Assembly: GCA_963809485.1 (NCBI GenBank)
Contig: CAWEJX010000001.1
Location: 416,001 to 480,000 of the forward strand
DNA: 64,000 nucleotides
Reading direction: 5' to 3'
Origin: an uncultured Acidobacteriota bacterium
GTDB lineage: Bacteria; Acidobacteriota; UBA6911
Of the stretch, positions 41,202-49,720 are shown piece by piece (within the stretch, counting starts at the first letter, position 1; the number at the start of each line of letters is the position of its first letter). The notes beneath the pieces were generated by a model, which was not told where the DNA came from, did no database searches, and saw nothing but the letters and a program-made list of their open reading frames with translations. Position numbers and translations under genes: made by a program.

Positions 41202-41248
41202 GCTGCGAATCTCATGCCTGGGGCGGTCCTGAAATACGCGCCTGGAAA

Positions 41249-42535
41249 TCAGGCTTTCCAGACCTGACCCGGCCTGGTCCGGATTTTGGACATGGCGTTG
41301 CGCGCATCCACGATGCAATCCGCGTATTCCGCCAGCTCGCTGTAATTCACGGCCGTATGCTGGGTTGAAATCAAAACCACATCGAAGCTGCCCAATACTT
41401 CCCTGGTCCAGGCCACCGATTGGGTCCCTGCCCAGTGCCCGAATTCACGGGAAGGGCGTATCACCGGGATATGGGGATCGTAGTAGCTCACCTGAACCCC
41501 GCGCCTGGTCAACAGATCCATCAGCACATAACTGGGTGATTCGCGATCGTCGTCTACGTCTGCCTTGTATGCAATACCCAGGACCAGCACTTTGGATCCT
41601 TTCAGAGATTTGCGCCGGTCATTCAATGCGTCGGCAACCCTGTTGACCACATACTGCGGCATGGAGGTGTTGATCTCACCGGCCAGCTCAATAAAGCGGG
41701 TATGCTGGCCGTATTCACGTGCTTTCCAGGTAAGATAAAAAGGATCGATCGGGATGCAGTGTCCTCCCAAGCCGGGCCCGGGATAAAACGGCATGAAACC
41801 AAATGGCTTTGTCTTCGCCGAATTGATGACTTCCCAAACGTCTATTCCCATGGCCTCGTAGACGACCTTCAGTTCATTCACGAGAGCGATATTGACGGCT
41901 CTAAAGGTGTTTTCCAGAAGCTTGGTGGCTTCCGCAGCGCGGCAGGAGGATACGGGAACGATTGTCTTTATGGCTCTGCCGTACAGATCAACGGCCTTTT
42001 TCAGACAATCGGGCGTGTAACCTCCGACAACCTTGGGAATCAGGGCAACCTTGCTATCGGGATTACCGGGGTCCTCTCTTTCCGGGGAGAACGCCAGATG
42101 GAAGTCTTTGCCGGCTTTCATGCCGGATCCGGCTTCGAGCACTTCGCGCAAATCTTCATCCGTGGTGCCTGGATATGTAGTCGACTCGAGGACTACAAGG
42201 CACCCTTTGGCCAAGTGAGGAGCAATGGACCTCCCGGTATCGATGATAAAGCTGATATCGGGCTCCCGATTCTTGTTCAGCGGCGTCGGCACGCAGATAA
42301 TTACGGCTTCAGTTTCTTTGACCCGGGAAAAGTCGGTGGAGGCCTTGAACGCACCCGCGCTCACGGCTGCGGCGATATCCGCCGGCTCGATGTGTTTTAT
42401 GTAACTCTTGCCGGCGCTGAGCGCTTCCACTTTCTGTTTGTCCACGTCCAGCCCCAATACGTTTACGCCGGCACGGGCGAACTGCAGAGACAGGGGCAAT
42501 CCAACATATCCAAGTCCAACGACCGATATCTTCAT
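41249..42535 (-). CDS. Nucleotide-sugar dehydrogenase (UDP-GlcNAc 6-dehydrogenase WbpA/WecC family)
   Basis: GLGYVG, ESTTYPG, SPER, GGHCIPIDP motifs. Confidence 0.9.
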   Translation of the reverse strand: MKISVVGLGYVGLPLSLQFARAGVNVLGLDVDKQKVEALSAGKSYIKHIEPADIAAAVSAGAFKASTDFSRVKETEAVIICVPTPLNKNREPDISFIIDTGRSIAPHLAKGCLVVLESTTYPGTTDEDLREVLEAGSGMKAGKDFHLAFSPEREDPGNPDSKVALIPKVVGGYTPDCLKKAVDLYGRAIKTIVPVSSCRAAEATKLLENTFRAVNIALVNELKVVYEAMGIDVWEVINSAKTKPFGFMPFYPGPGLGGHCIPIDPFYLTWKAREYGQHTRFIELAGEINTSMPQYVVNRVADALNDRRKSLKGSKVLVLGIAYKADVDDDRESPSYVLMDLLTRRGVQVSYYDPHIPVIRPSREFGHWAGTQSVAWTREVLGSFDVVLISTQHTAVNYSELAEYADCIVDARNAMSKIRTRPGQVWKA

Positions 42536-42680
42536 GCGCTGTTCCTTTCCGCTGTGGCTTTGATGCGCGCAAACTCTCGAAAGCAAGTCCAACCTCAGAC
42601 TCTATCGGCACAAAATGCAAAAACAATGCGCCACAGATAGCACAAATTGCTTAGAAAACCATACAACTTTATGCAGCAAG

Positions 42681-42698
42681 AGCCGCCCGAAGGCGGCT
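42681..42698 (-). terminator. cUUCGg hairpin, possible terminator or stabiliser
   Basis: Minus strand AGCCGCC-TTCG-GGCGGCT right after the stop at 42701; weak U tract. Confidence 0.45.
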
Positions 42699-43171
42699 AT
42701 TTATGATAGGAACGGTTCCCTTGCTGCCCGATTGCCGGAATCCAGCAGGAACATCTGCAAACCCGACGCGATTTCGTAGAGGGCATCAAACTGCCAGCCG
42801 TCCGCATCCATGCAAAATTCTTCCAGCCGCTCGATCGCTTTCTGCGGTTGCTCGGGAACAACAAAAGATAGCGGCGGATTTTGTTCCAAGACTGTACGGC
42901 TGTTGTCAAGATACTGGTAGAGACTCTCTTAACCAGAACTGCAAATCGACTGAGGGCACCAACTCCGTTTGAGCCTGACAAGCAAAGCAACGGTTGCTGC
43001 TGTATTGCTTACCAGGCATCAAATCGGAGCGGTTCTGTGTACTGGCATGGCTATTCGAGTTTAAAGGCAAAAATGCGTTATTTTGTATGCGCAATTATTT
43101 CATATACTACATATTGTGCAATGTAAAGCAATTTCTACAGATTCGATGACTTTTTTGCAGAAGTGGAGCGT

Positions 43172-44170
43172 TTACTGCGCCAATCCCCTGTAAACCATTA
43201 GGAAGAGAACACAAAGCAGCAAAACAGCCGGAACCACATAAGGAATGCATCTTCTCATCCAGCCGGGAGAGAGCCGCAGACCGGTGTCCTGTCTACCCTG
43301 CAGGCCCAGGGCGGCCCTGCGAACCATGCCCCGAGTGATCACAAACGACCGCTCGGTGTAGCCGATCAGAAGCGCCCGGTCGCAAATCAGGTTGATAAGG
43401 CGAGGATATCCCCTGGAATACCGCCATATGGCCCCGAACGCCCCGGCTCCAAAGCGCAATCTGGGAGCGCCGCCCCCAACGGCCAGTCGGTGACGGATGT
43501 ATCTCTCGGTATCATCGCGCGAGAGGGTTTTGGTTTCAAAGCGAACGGAAATTCTTTGATTCAGCTGGCGCAGGGCCGGGGATTTGAGTTTGCGGTCCAG
43601 TTCCAGCTGGCCTACGAAGATGATCTGCAATAGCTTTTTTTTTGCGGTTTCGAGGTTCGACAGCAGGCGCAGCTGCTCCAGCAGGGTCATGGAAATGTTT
43701 TGCGCTTCATCGATTATGAGCACTGTAAATACATTTTCCTCAGCCCTCTGAGCCAAAAACTTGTTGAGCTGGTCGAGGAGCTGCTTCTTGTTCATTCCCT
43801 GCGTCCAGGTGGTATCGAAGACATCCATGGATGCTTTTTCTTCACCGGCGCCCGCCGCGTCCGACGGCCCGTCCGGATGAATCCCCAGGTCCTGCAGGAT
43901 CGACCTCAGGATGTCCGTTTCGGAAAGCATCGGATTTTGAATCAGTGCAGTGCGGATGTCGTTTCTTTGCAGCCTTTCCAGAAGGGCCCAGCATAGCGTT
44001 GTTTTGCCCGTGCCCACATCTCCAACGATTACGGCGAAGCCCTCCCGACGCTCGATGCCATAGAGGATGTGATCAAGGGCTTCCTTGCTCCTTTTGTTGA
44101 GGAAAAGAAACGCCGGGTCCGGCGTAAGATTGAAAGCTTGCTCCTTCAGGCCGTAATATTTTTCATACAT
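43172..44170 (-). CDS. ExeA-like AAA ATPase
   Basis: FNLTPDP, GDVGTGKT, IIDEAQ, GQLEL, GYPRLIN motifs. Confidence 0.9.
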   Translation of the reverse strand: MYEKYYGLKEQAFNLTPDPAFLFLNKRSKEALDHILYGIERREGFAVIVGDVGTGKTTLCWALLERLQRNDIRTALIQNPMLSETDILRSILQDLGIHPDGPSDAAGAGEEKASMDVFDTTWTQGMNKKQLLDQLNKFLAQRAEENVFTVLIIDEAQNISMTLLEQLRLLSNLETAKKKLLQIIFVGQLELDRKLKSPALRQLNQRISVRFETKTLSRDDTERYIRHRLAVGGGAPRLRFGAGAFGAIWRYSRGYPRLINLICDRALLIGYTERSFVITRGMVRRAALGLQGRQDTGLRLSPGWMRRCIPYVVPAVLLLCVLFLMVYRGLAQ

Positions 44171-44273
44171 ACGAATGCCCTTATCGGCATTTTTAGGGCA
44201 TGCCGATAAGATTAGGTGTAATTAGATACAGAGTCTCGGAGGATCCGGGCTCTAAGGATGGTATGATGCCGAT

Positions 44274-46055
44274 ATGCGAATCCATATTCCTTTGCTGTGC
44301 CTTCTGCTGAGCTCGCCGGTTTTTGCCCAAACGGCTGAGAATGTGCTGCTGGTTATCAACGAGTCCAGCGCCATATCCATGGAGGCCGGGGTGTATTACG
44401 CGAAAAAGCGAAGCATTCCCCAATCCAATATACTAAGGATCAACACGGCAGCAGACGAAAGCATCTCCCGGGAAAATTTCCAGCGGCAGATCGACGCGCC
44501 CATTGCTGCATGGCTGACGCGCAGTTCCGCCCACGACCGTGTTCTGTATATCGTTCTGACCAAGGGTGTTCCACTCCGTATCTCCGGTTCTTCCGGAAAA
44601 GAAGCAACCACAGCCAGCGTCGATTCCGAGCTGGCGCTTTTGTATCGGAGAATATTGGGGCAGGCGATACCGTTAGCCGGGCCTGTCAAAAATCCGTATT
44701 TTCTTAACGACGGCCCCATGGCCCAGGCGAAGCTGTTCAATCATGACGATCAGGATATCTACCTTGTCAGCCGGCTGGACGGATACAATATCGCGGACAT
44801 CCGCGGCCTGATCGATCGTGGCGCTGCGCCCTCCAGACAGGGCAAAATCCTCCTCGACGCGAAAGGCTCCTCCGATGATAAAGGCGGCGCCTGGCTGCAG
44901 AGTGCTGCAGATCTTTTGAGCAAAATGGGATTCAAGGACCGGGTCGTTTTCGAAAGCACGGAGAAAGTGCTGACCGACAAAAAGCAGGTGCTGGGCTATT
45001 ATTCCTGGGGCTCGAATGATCCGGCAATCCGGCAGAGGCATTTCGGATTACAGTTTGTTCCCGGAGCCCTTGCAGGCATGTTTGTCAGCTCGGACGGCAG
45101 GACTTTTGCCGAATCGTCCGATAACTGGAAGATCGCCGAATCGGGAGTCCCTCAGTCGCTGGCTGCAGACCTCATACGGGAAGGTGTTACCGGCATTGCA
45201 GGCCATGTCTCCGAACCCTATCTCGAAGCGACAATACGCCCCGACATCCTGTTTCCGGCCTACCTGTCCGGATTTAACCTGATCGAATCCTATTACCTGG
45301 CCATGCCCTATCTAAGCTGGCAAACAGTGGTGGTTGGAGACCCGCTTTGCGCACCTTTTCGCGCGAGGTCTCTTGCCGCACAGGAAATCGATAGAGGACT
45401 GGATCCGGAAACGGGGTTGCCGGTCCGCTACAGCGAAAGGAAGCTGAGCGCTCTCTCCGCCGCAGCCTCCAAGCAGCCCGGCGTGTCCCCGGACATGATC
45501 AAGCTGATCCTGCGAGCGGAAGCGCGCATGGCAAGACAGGATACGGCCGGGGCACGCCAGGCGCTCGAGGAGGTCACCGCTCGGAACGATCGGCTGCCCG
45601 GGCCGCAACTCCTGCTGGCAACCTTGTACGAGTCGGCTCAGGAATACGATAAAGCCATTGAACGATACCGCCTTCTGGTTGAAATCGCGCCTGAAAATCC
45701 GATGATCCTCAACAACCTGGCCTACGCGCTTGCGGTACGAAAAAACAACATTCCGGAAGCGATTCCACTGGCAGAAAAGGCATACAGCCTGGCCAAGGGG
45801 AATCCGAGCATTGCGGATACACTGGGATGGACCTATCATCTGTCCGGGCAGGATGACAAAGCACTTAAGCTTCTCGAGGAAGCAGCCCGGGCAGCGGGCC
45901 AAAAAGCCGACATTCACCTGCACTTAGCCATAGTGAGTGCGGCCACAGGCAACAAGCTTGCCGCCGAGGCAGCGCTTCGGCGTGCGCTGGAAATCGATCC
46001 CGGTATGGAACAGCGGGAGGAAGTGAAGCAGCTGAAGGCCAGCCTGAAAAAATAG
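44274..46055 (+). CDS. TIGR03790-like secreted protein with C-terminal TPRs
   Basis: SVDSEL, LVSRLDG, GHVSEPYL, GDPL motifs; LNNLAY/DTLGW TPRs. Confidence 0.8.
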   Translation: MRIHIPLLCLLLSSPVFAQTAENVLLVINESSAISMEAGVYYAKKRSIPQSNILRINTAADESISRENFQRQIDAPIAAWLTRSSAHDRVLYIVLTKGVPLRISGSSGKEATTASVDSELALLYRRILGQAIPLAGPVKNPYFLNDGPMAQAKLFNHDDQDIYLVSRLDGYNIADIRGLIDRGAAPSRQGKILLDAKGSSDDKGGAWLQSAADLLSKMGFKDRVVFESTEKVLTDKKQVLGYYSWGSNDPAIRQRHFGLQFVPGALAGMFVSSDGRTFAESSDNWKIAESGVPQSLAADLIREGVTGIAGHVSEPYLEATIRPDILFPAYLSGFNLIESYYLAMPYLSWQTVVVGDPLCAPFRARSLAAQEIDRGLDPETGLPVRYSERKLSALSAAASKQPGVSPDMIKLILRAEARMARQDTAGARQALEEVTARNDRLPGPQLLLATLYESAQEYDKAIERYRLLVEIAPENPMILNNLAYALAVRKNNIPEAIPLAEKAYSLAKGNPSIADTLGWTYHLSGQDDKALKLLEEAARAAGQKADIHLHLAIVSAATGNKLAAEAALRRALEIDPGMEQREEVKQLKASLKK

Positions 46056-46158
46056 CGCATTCCACAGGTTAGACAGGAAGTCCTATCTCTGCAGGATTGG
46101 AGGCAAATTTAAAGGGCGTGGCGGGAACTGCGTCTTTTATATCTGAAGGGCCCTTCAT

Positions 46159-47385
46159 ATGAAATACGTCATTTTTCTTGGCGACGGCATGGCCGACTAC
46201 CCGATTCCTGAATTAAACGGGAAAACCCCTTTGATGGTAGCGAATAAACCGGGGATGGATTGGATTGCCCGGGAAGGACGCACCGGCCTGTTCCGGACGA
46301 TAAGCCCGGGAATGCCGACCGGATCCGCCATAGCCAATCTCTCCGTGCTGGGCTACGACGCAGCCGAGCTTTTTCAGGGCACAGAAGGGAGAGGGGTTCT
46401 GGAAGCTGCAAGCCTGGGCATCCCGCTTGGGGAAAGCGACCTGGCTATGCGGGTCAACCTGATCTGCATTGAAGAGGGCAGGATCCGCAGTCACTCCGCA
46501 GGACACATCTCCAACGAGGAAGCCCACGCCCTGATCCGGGAAGCCCAAGTTCATTTTGGAAACTGGGATCTCCGGCTATATCCCGGCCTCAGCTACCGGC
46601 ATGTCCTGGTTCTGCCAAATGGGGAATTCAGGCTCGAGTGTTTTCCGCCCCATGATCACGTAGGCGCACCCTGGCGGGAGCTGGCGATCCGGCCCATGGC
46701 TCCCGGAGGAGAAAAAACGGCGGATTTGTTAAACCGCATGGTCGAAGAATCCCAGGTGTTTCTGGAAAATCATCCCGTCAATCGGAAGCGGCGAGAGAAT
46801 GGGAAGCAGCCTGCCAACTCGCTCTGGCCCTGGGCGCCCGGGAAAAAGCCCCACATGAGGACTCTCCAGGAACGGTTTGGCATTCGGGGAGCGGCCATCA
46901 CAGCCGTGGATTTGATCAAAGGGCTGGCCATTTACGCCGGTATGGAACCGATCACCGTCCCGGGGGCTACGGGGCTTTATGACACGAACTTCGAGGGAAA
47001 GGCAGATGCCGCCATCGCGGCGCTGGAAAAAGTTGATTTTGTTTACATCCATGTGGAAGCCGCCGACGAAGCCGGCCATGAACGGGATCTGCGTTTGAAG
47101 ATCCGCTGTATTGAGGACCTGGACCGCCGCCTGATACAGCGCGTCCTCGAGGGGCTGGAGAAAAAGGGCTGGGAAAGCACCGTCGCGGTGCTTCCGGACC
47201 ATCCAACCCCGATTGCCCAGGGAAACCACACGCGCGAGCCCGTGCCTGTGGCCATCCGATTCCCTCACCTCCCGGGTGACTCGGTCACCTGCTTCGACGA
47301 AGACAGCGTGAAAAACGGCTCTCTTGGATTGATGGAAGGCTCCGGATTTATCGAGGCTTTTTTTGCACAGGCAGGCAAGCCCTAA
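46159..47385 (+). CDS. apgM: Cofactor-independent phosphoglycerate mutase family (ApgM)
   Basis: GDGMAD, GSAIANL, HVEAADEAGH, PDHPTP motifs. Confidence 0.88.
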   Translation: MKYVIFLGDGMADYPIPELNGKTPLMVANKPGMDWIAREGRTGLFRTISPGMPTGSAIANLSVLGYDAAELFQGTEGRGVLEAASLGIPLGESDLAMRVNLICIEEGRIRSHSAGHISNEEAHALIREAQVHFGNWDLRLYPGLSYRHVLVLPNGEFRLECFPPHDHVGAPWRELAIRPMAPGGEKTADLLNRMVEESQVFLENHPVNRKRRENGKQPANSLWPWAPGKKPHMRTLQERFGIRGAAITAVDLIKGLAIYAGMEPITVPGATGLYDTNFEGKADAAIAALEKVDFVYIHVEAADEAGHERDLRLKIRCIEDLDRRLIQRVLEGLEKKGWESTVAVLPDHPTPIAQGNHTREPVPVAIRFPHLPGDSVTCFDEDSVKNGSLGLMEGSGFIEAFFAQAGKP

Positions 47386-47400
47386 TGCATGGGCGGGAGC

Positions 47401-47712
47401 TCAGAACAAAGGCTCAACGACGAGGCCGGCGTTATCGGCCTTCAGAAGCCGCGTCCGCGCGGAAATGCCGCGCGCCCTGAAAATATCCGAGATGCGCGCC
47501 CCGATTTCCACTTCATGGGAATCCGCAAAGGCGATTACGGTCGGGCTTGCGCCCGACAGCGCCACGCCCAGCAAACCTTCGCAATCTTCCACCGCAAGCA
47601 CTTCCTTCAGGCTGGGAAGCAATTGGACACGGTAGGATTGATGCAGGCGATCGGACATCGCCTCACGGAGCAAGCCCGGAATCAGCTTTGTTCCGGTCTG
47701 CGTCCCATGCAT
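47401..47712 (-). pseudogene. thrB: C-terminal fragment of homoserine kinase
   Basis: AMSDRLHQSYR and LSGASPTV motifs; N-terminal GHMP domain absent. Confidence 0.7.
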
Positions 47713-48026
47713 GATTTCACTGCATCAGGATAAAATGCCTTCTAACATAAAAAGCACAAAAATCGAAAATGAATCTCGGCCTTCATTTATGTTTTGGTGT
47801 TTGAAAAATGAGGCGGAGACGAGCGACTGGAAAGATAATTTATGCGGATTCAGCCCAATTACCGGATCGGGTCGCAGGTTTCTATTCCGGCCGGGTTTTC
47901 ACCCAGCCGGAATAGCCATCCTTTCATCAGCCACCGATCTGATAGGAAGCCTGTGGTAAGTCCATGCCCTGCTGTCCCGGGAACACTTGCGCCCCTCTGC
48001 CTTGCGACGCGGAGGAGCACAGCCGT

Positions 48027-48980
48027 TTAGCCGGGCGGCAACTGTCCCATCGCCGGCATCGGGTCCTTCGGCCGGGCTACTCTCGCGAATTCGAATCCGC
48101 TTGCGATTATGGGGCTGAGAGTACCGCCCGCCAGGACCGTATACCGGAGGCATAGCCCGCCGAACAGCCCAAGCAAAGCAGCCAGTACCGCTGTTATTCC
48201 ATGCCCACCCTGGAGTTCCAGGAAGAAGGGAATTACAAGCCCGCACGCTATGACACCCAGCCAAAACACCGGCGCAACGGCGCCGGTCAGGATGCGTTTT
48301 GCCGAATACCTCGACTCGATTGTCCTGTAGGCGTTGTACAGAAAGACTATCAGGACAAACATTTCAAGAGCCTCGATGATAAGATCGACATTCGCCAACA
48401 GCGTAAGCTGCGCCGCTTCGACCCCCAGGCTTTGGCCGATCAGCATGATGGCCATGATGCCTGTCGACACGGCGGAGACAAAGAACAGGACCGGGAGAAG
48501 AGCCGTTCGCCAAAGAGAAATGGGCTGGCTGTATCCCAGCAGGAGTCCTGTATAGATCACCGTGAGGAACGCGAAAATAGAGCCGAGGATGCCTATGAGA
48601 TGGCGGGCGGACTCATTCTCGGCCAGCGGGCCGGGAAAGGGCCAGATCCACCATGCCGTGTGGATTGCGGCGAAGATCATGAAAAACACGATGATGATCG
48701 TTCCCCGCGCGATCCAGGAGGTCTTCGGTTTCATCCAGACTCTCCAGGAATTGATCGGCGTGCCCAGGTCGGCGAGCAGAAACAGGGTCCCTATGAGGAC
48801 ACAGGGCATTCCCAGAAAGACCCCGATCTTGGACACGGTCATCCAGGCCGCGCCGCCGGCCAAATCAGCTACAACACCCGCCAGGTAAGCTCCGCCGCCG
48901 ACACCGGCTAGAAACAGATATGCGGCAATCAACCAGCGCCACTCAACTTGAACCTGGCCTTCCAATTTTACTGATCCCAT
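48027..48980 (-). CDS. nrfD: NrfD/PsrC-family membrane anchor
   Basis: WxWLIAAYLFLAG, DLG.P, SWIARG, YTG motifs. Confidence 0.88.
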   Translation of the reverse strand: MGSVKLEGQVQVEWRWLIAAYLFLAGVGGGAYLAGVVADLAGGAAWMTVSKIGVFLGMPCVLIGTLFLLADLGTPINSWRVWMKPKTSWIARGTIIIVFFMIFAAIHTAWWIWPFPGPLAENESARHLIGILGSIFAFLTVIYTGLLLGYSQPISLWRTALLPVLFFVSAVSTGIMAIMLIGQSLGVEAAQLTLLANVDLIIEALEMFVLIVFLYNAYRTIESRYSAKRILTGAVAPVFWLGVIACGLVIPFFLELQGGHGITAVLAALLGLFGGLCLRYTVLAGGTLSPIIASGFEFARVARPKDPMPAMGQLPPG

Positions 48981-49031
48981 TGAATTCTCCTATCCTCAAC
49001 TGTGCCCGAAATCCGGGAGCTCTAGAGTGAA

Positions 49032-49658
49032 CTACCTCGGGGGCAGATAATAAACTTTGGGCTCGGTGCCGACCTCAGGACGCAGGACGAAACCGCGTTT
49101 TGTCTTGATGAGATAGGAAATCTCGCTTTCAGGATCGTCGAGATCGCCAAAAACCCGCGCCTTGGCAGGACATACCTGAACGCACGCGGGCTCTCTCCCT
49201 TCAGCCCGGCGGTCGATGCAGAAATCGCATTTGGTCGACACGCCCACGCCGCTTTTCGATTCCCAATACTGCCGGGTATGCTGCTCATACTCGCTAAGAG
49301 GAAGCCCTTCGGGGAAATAGCTCTTCCACTCCCGGACCGAATAGCGGGCGCCGTAGGGGCACGCCATCATGCAGTACTTGCAGCCGATGCACTTGTTCTT
49401 GTCTATGCGGACGATTCCGTCCTCGGTCTGATACGTGGCGCCCGTCGGGCAGACTTTCATGCAATCCGGCTCTTCGCATTGATTGCAGAGCACCGGCAAC
49501 GCCTGCCGGACGGAATTCGGGTAAACACCCATTTCTCCTCTGAGAACCCGGCTCCAAAAAACATCGGGCGGAGTCCGGTTTGCCTGTTTGCATCCCAGCA
49601 CACAGGAGTAGCAGCCATAGCATCTTTTGAGGTCAATGACCATTCCATAACGTGCCAT
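49032..49658 (-). CDS. 4Fe-4S dicluster electron-transfer subunit (DmsB/PsrB-like)
   Basis: Four Cys motifs (CYGCYSC, CNQC..C..CP, CIGCKYC..CP, KCDFC..C..CP). Confidence 0.92.
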   Translation of the reverse strand: MARYGMVIDLKRCYGCYSCVLGCKQANRTPPDVFWSRVLRGEMGVYPNSVRQALPVLCNQCEEPDCMKVCPTGATYQTEDGIVRIDKNKCIGCKYCMMACPYGARYSVREWKSYFPEGLPLSEYEQHTRQYWESKSGVGVSTKCDFCIDRRAEGREPACVQVCPAKARVFGDLDDPESEISYLIKTKRGFVLRPEVGTEPKVYYLPPR

Positions 49659-49720
49659 ATTCAACTCCAGTTATAAGTGTCCAGTGTCAGCGGCCATCTG
49701 TTCGCCAGGTTATACTTTTC

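Noticed and set aside
43043-43057. Sigma-54-like TGGCATGGCTATTCG
   Set aside because: The -12 element is CG rather than GC, and it points into the 3' end of an opposite-strand gene
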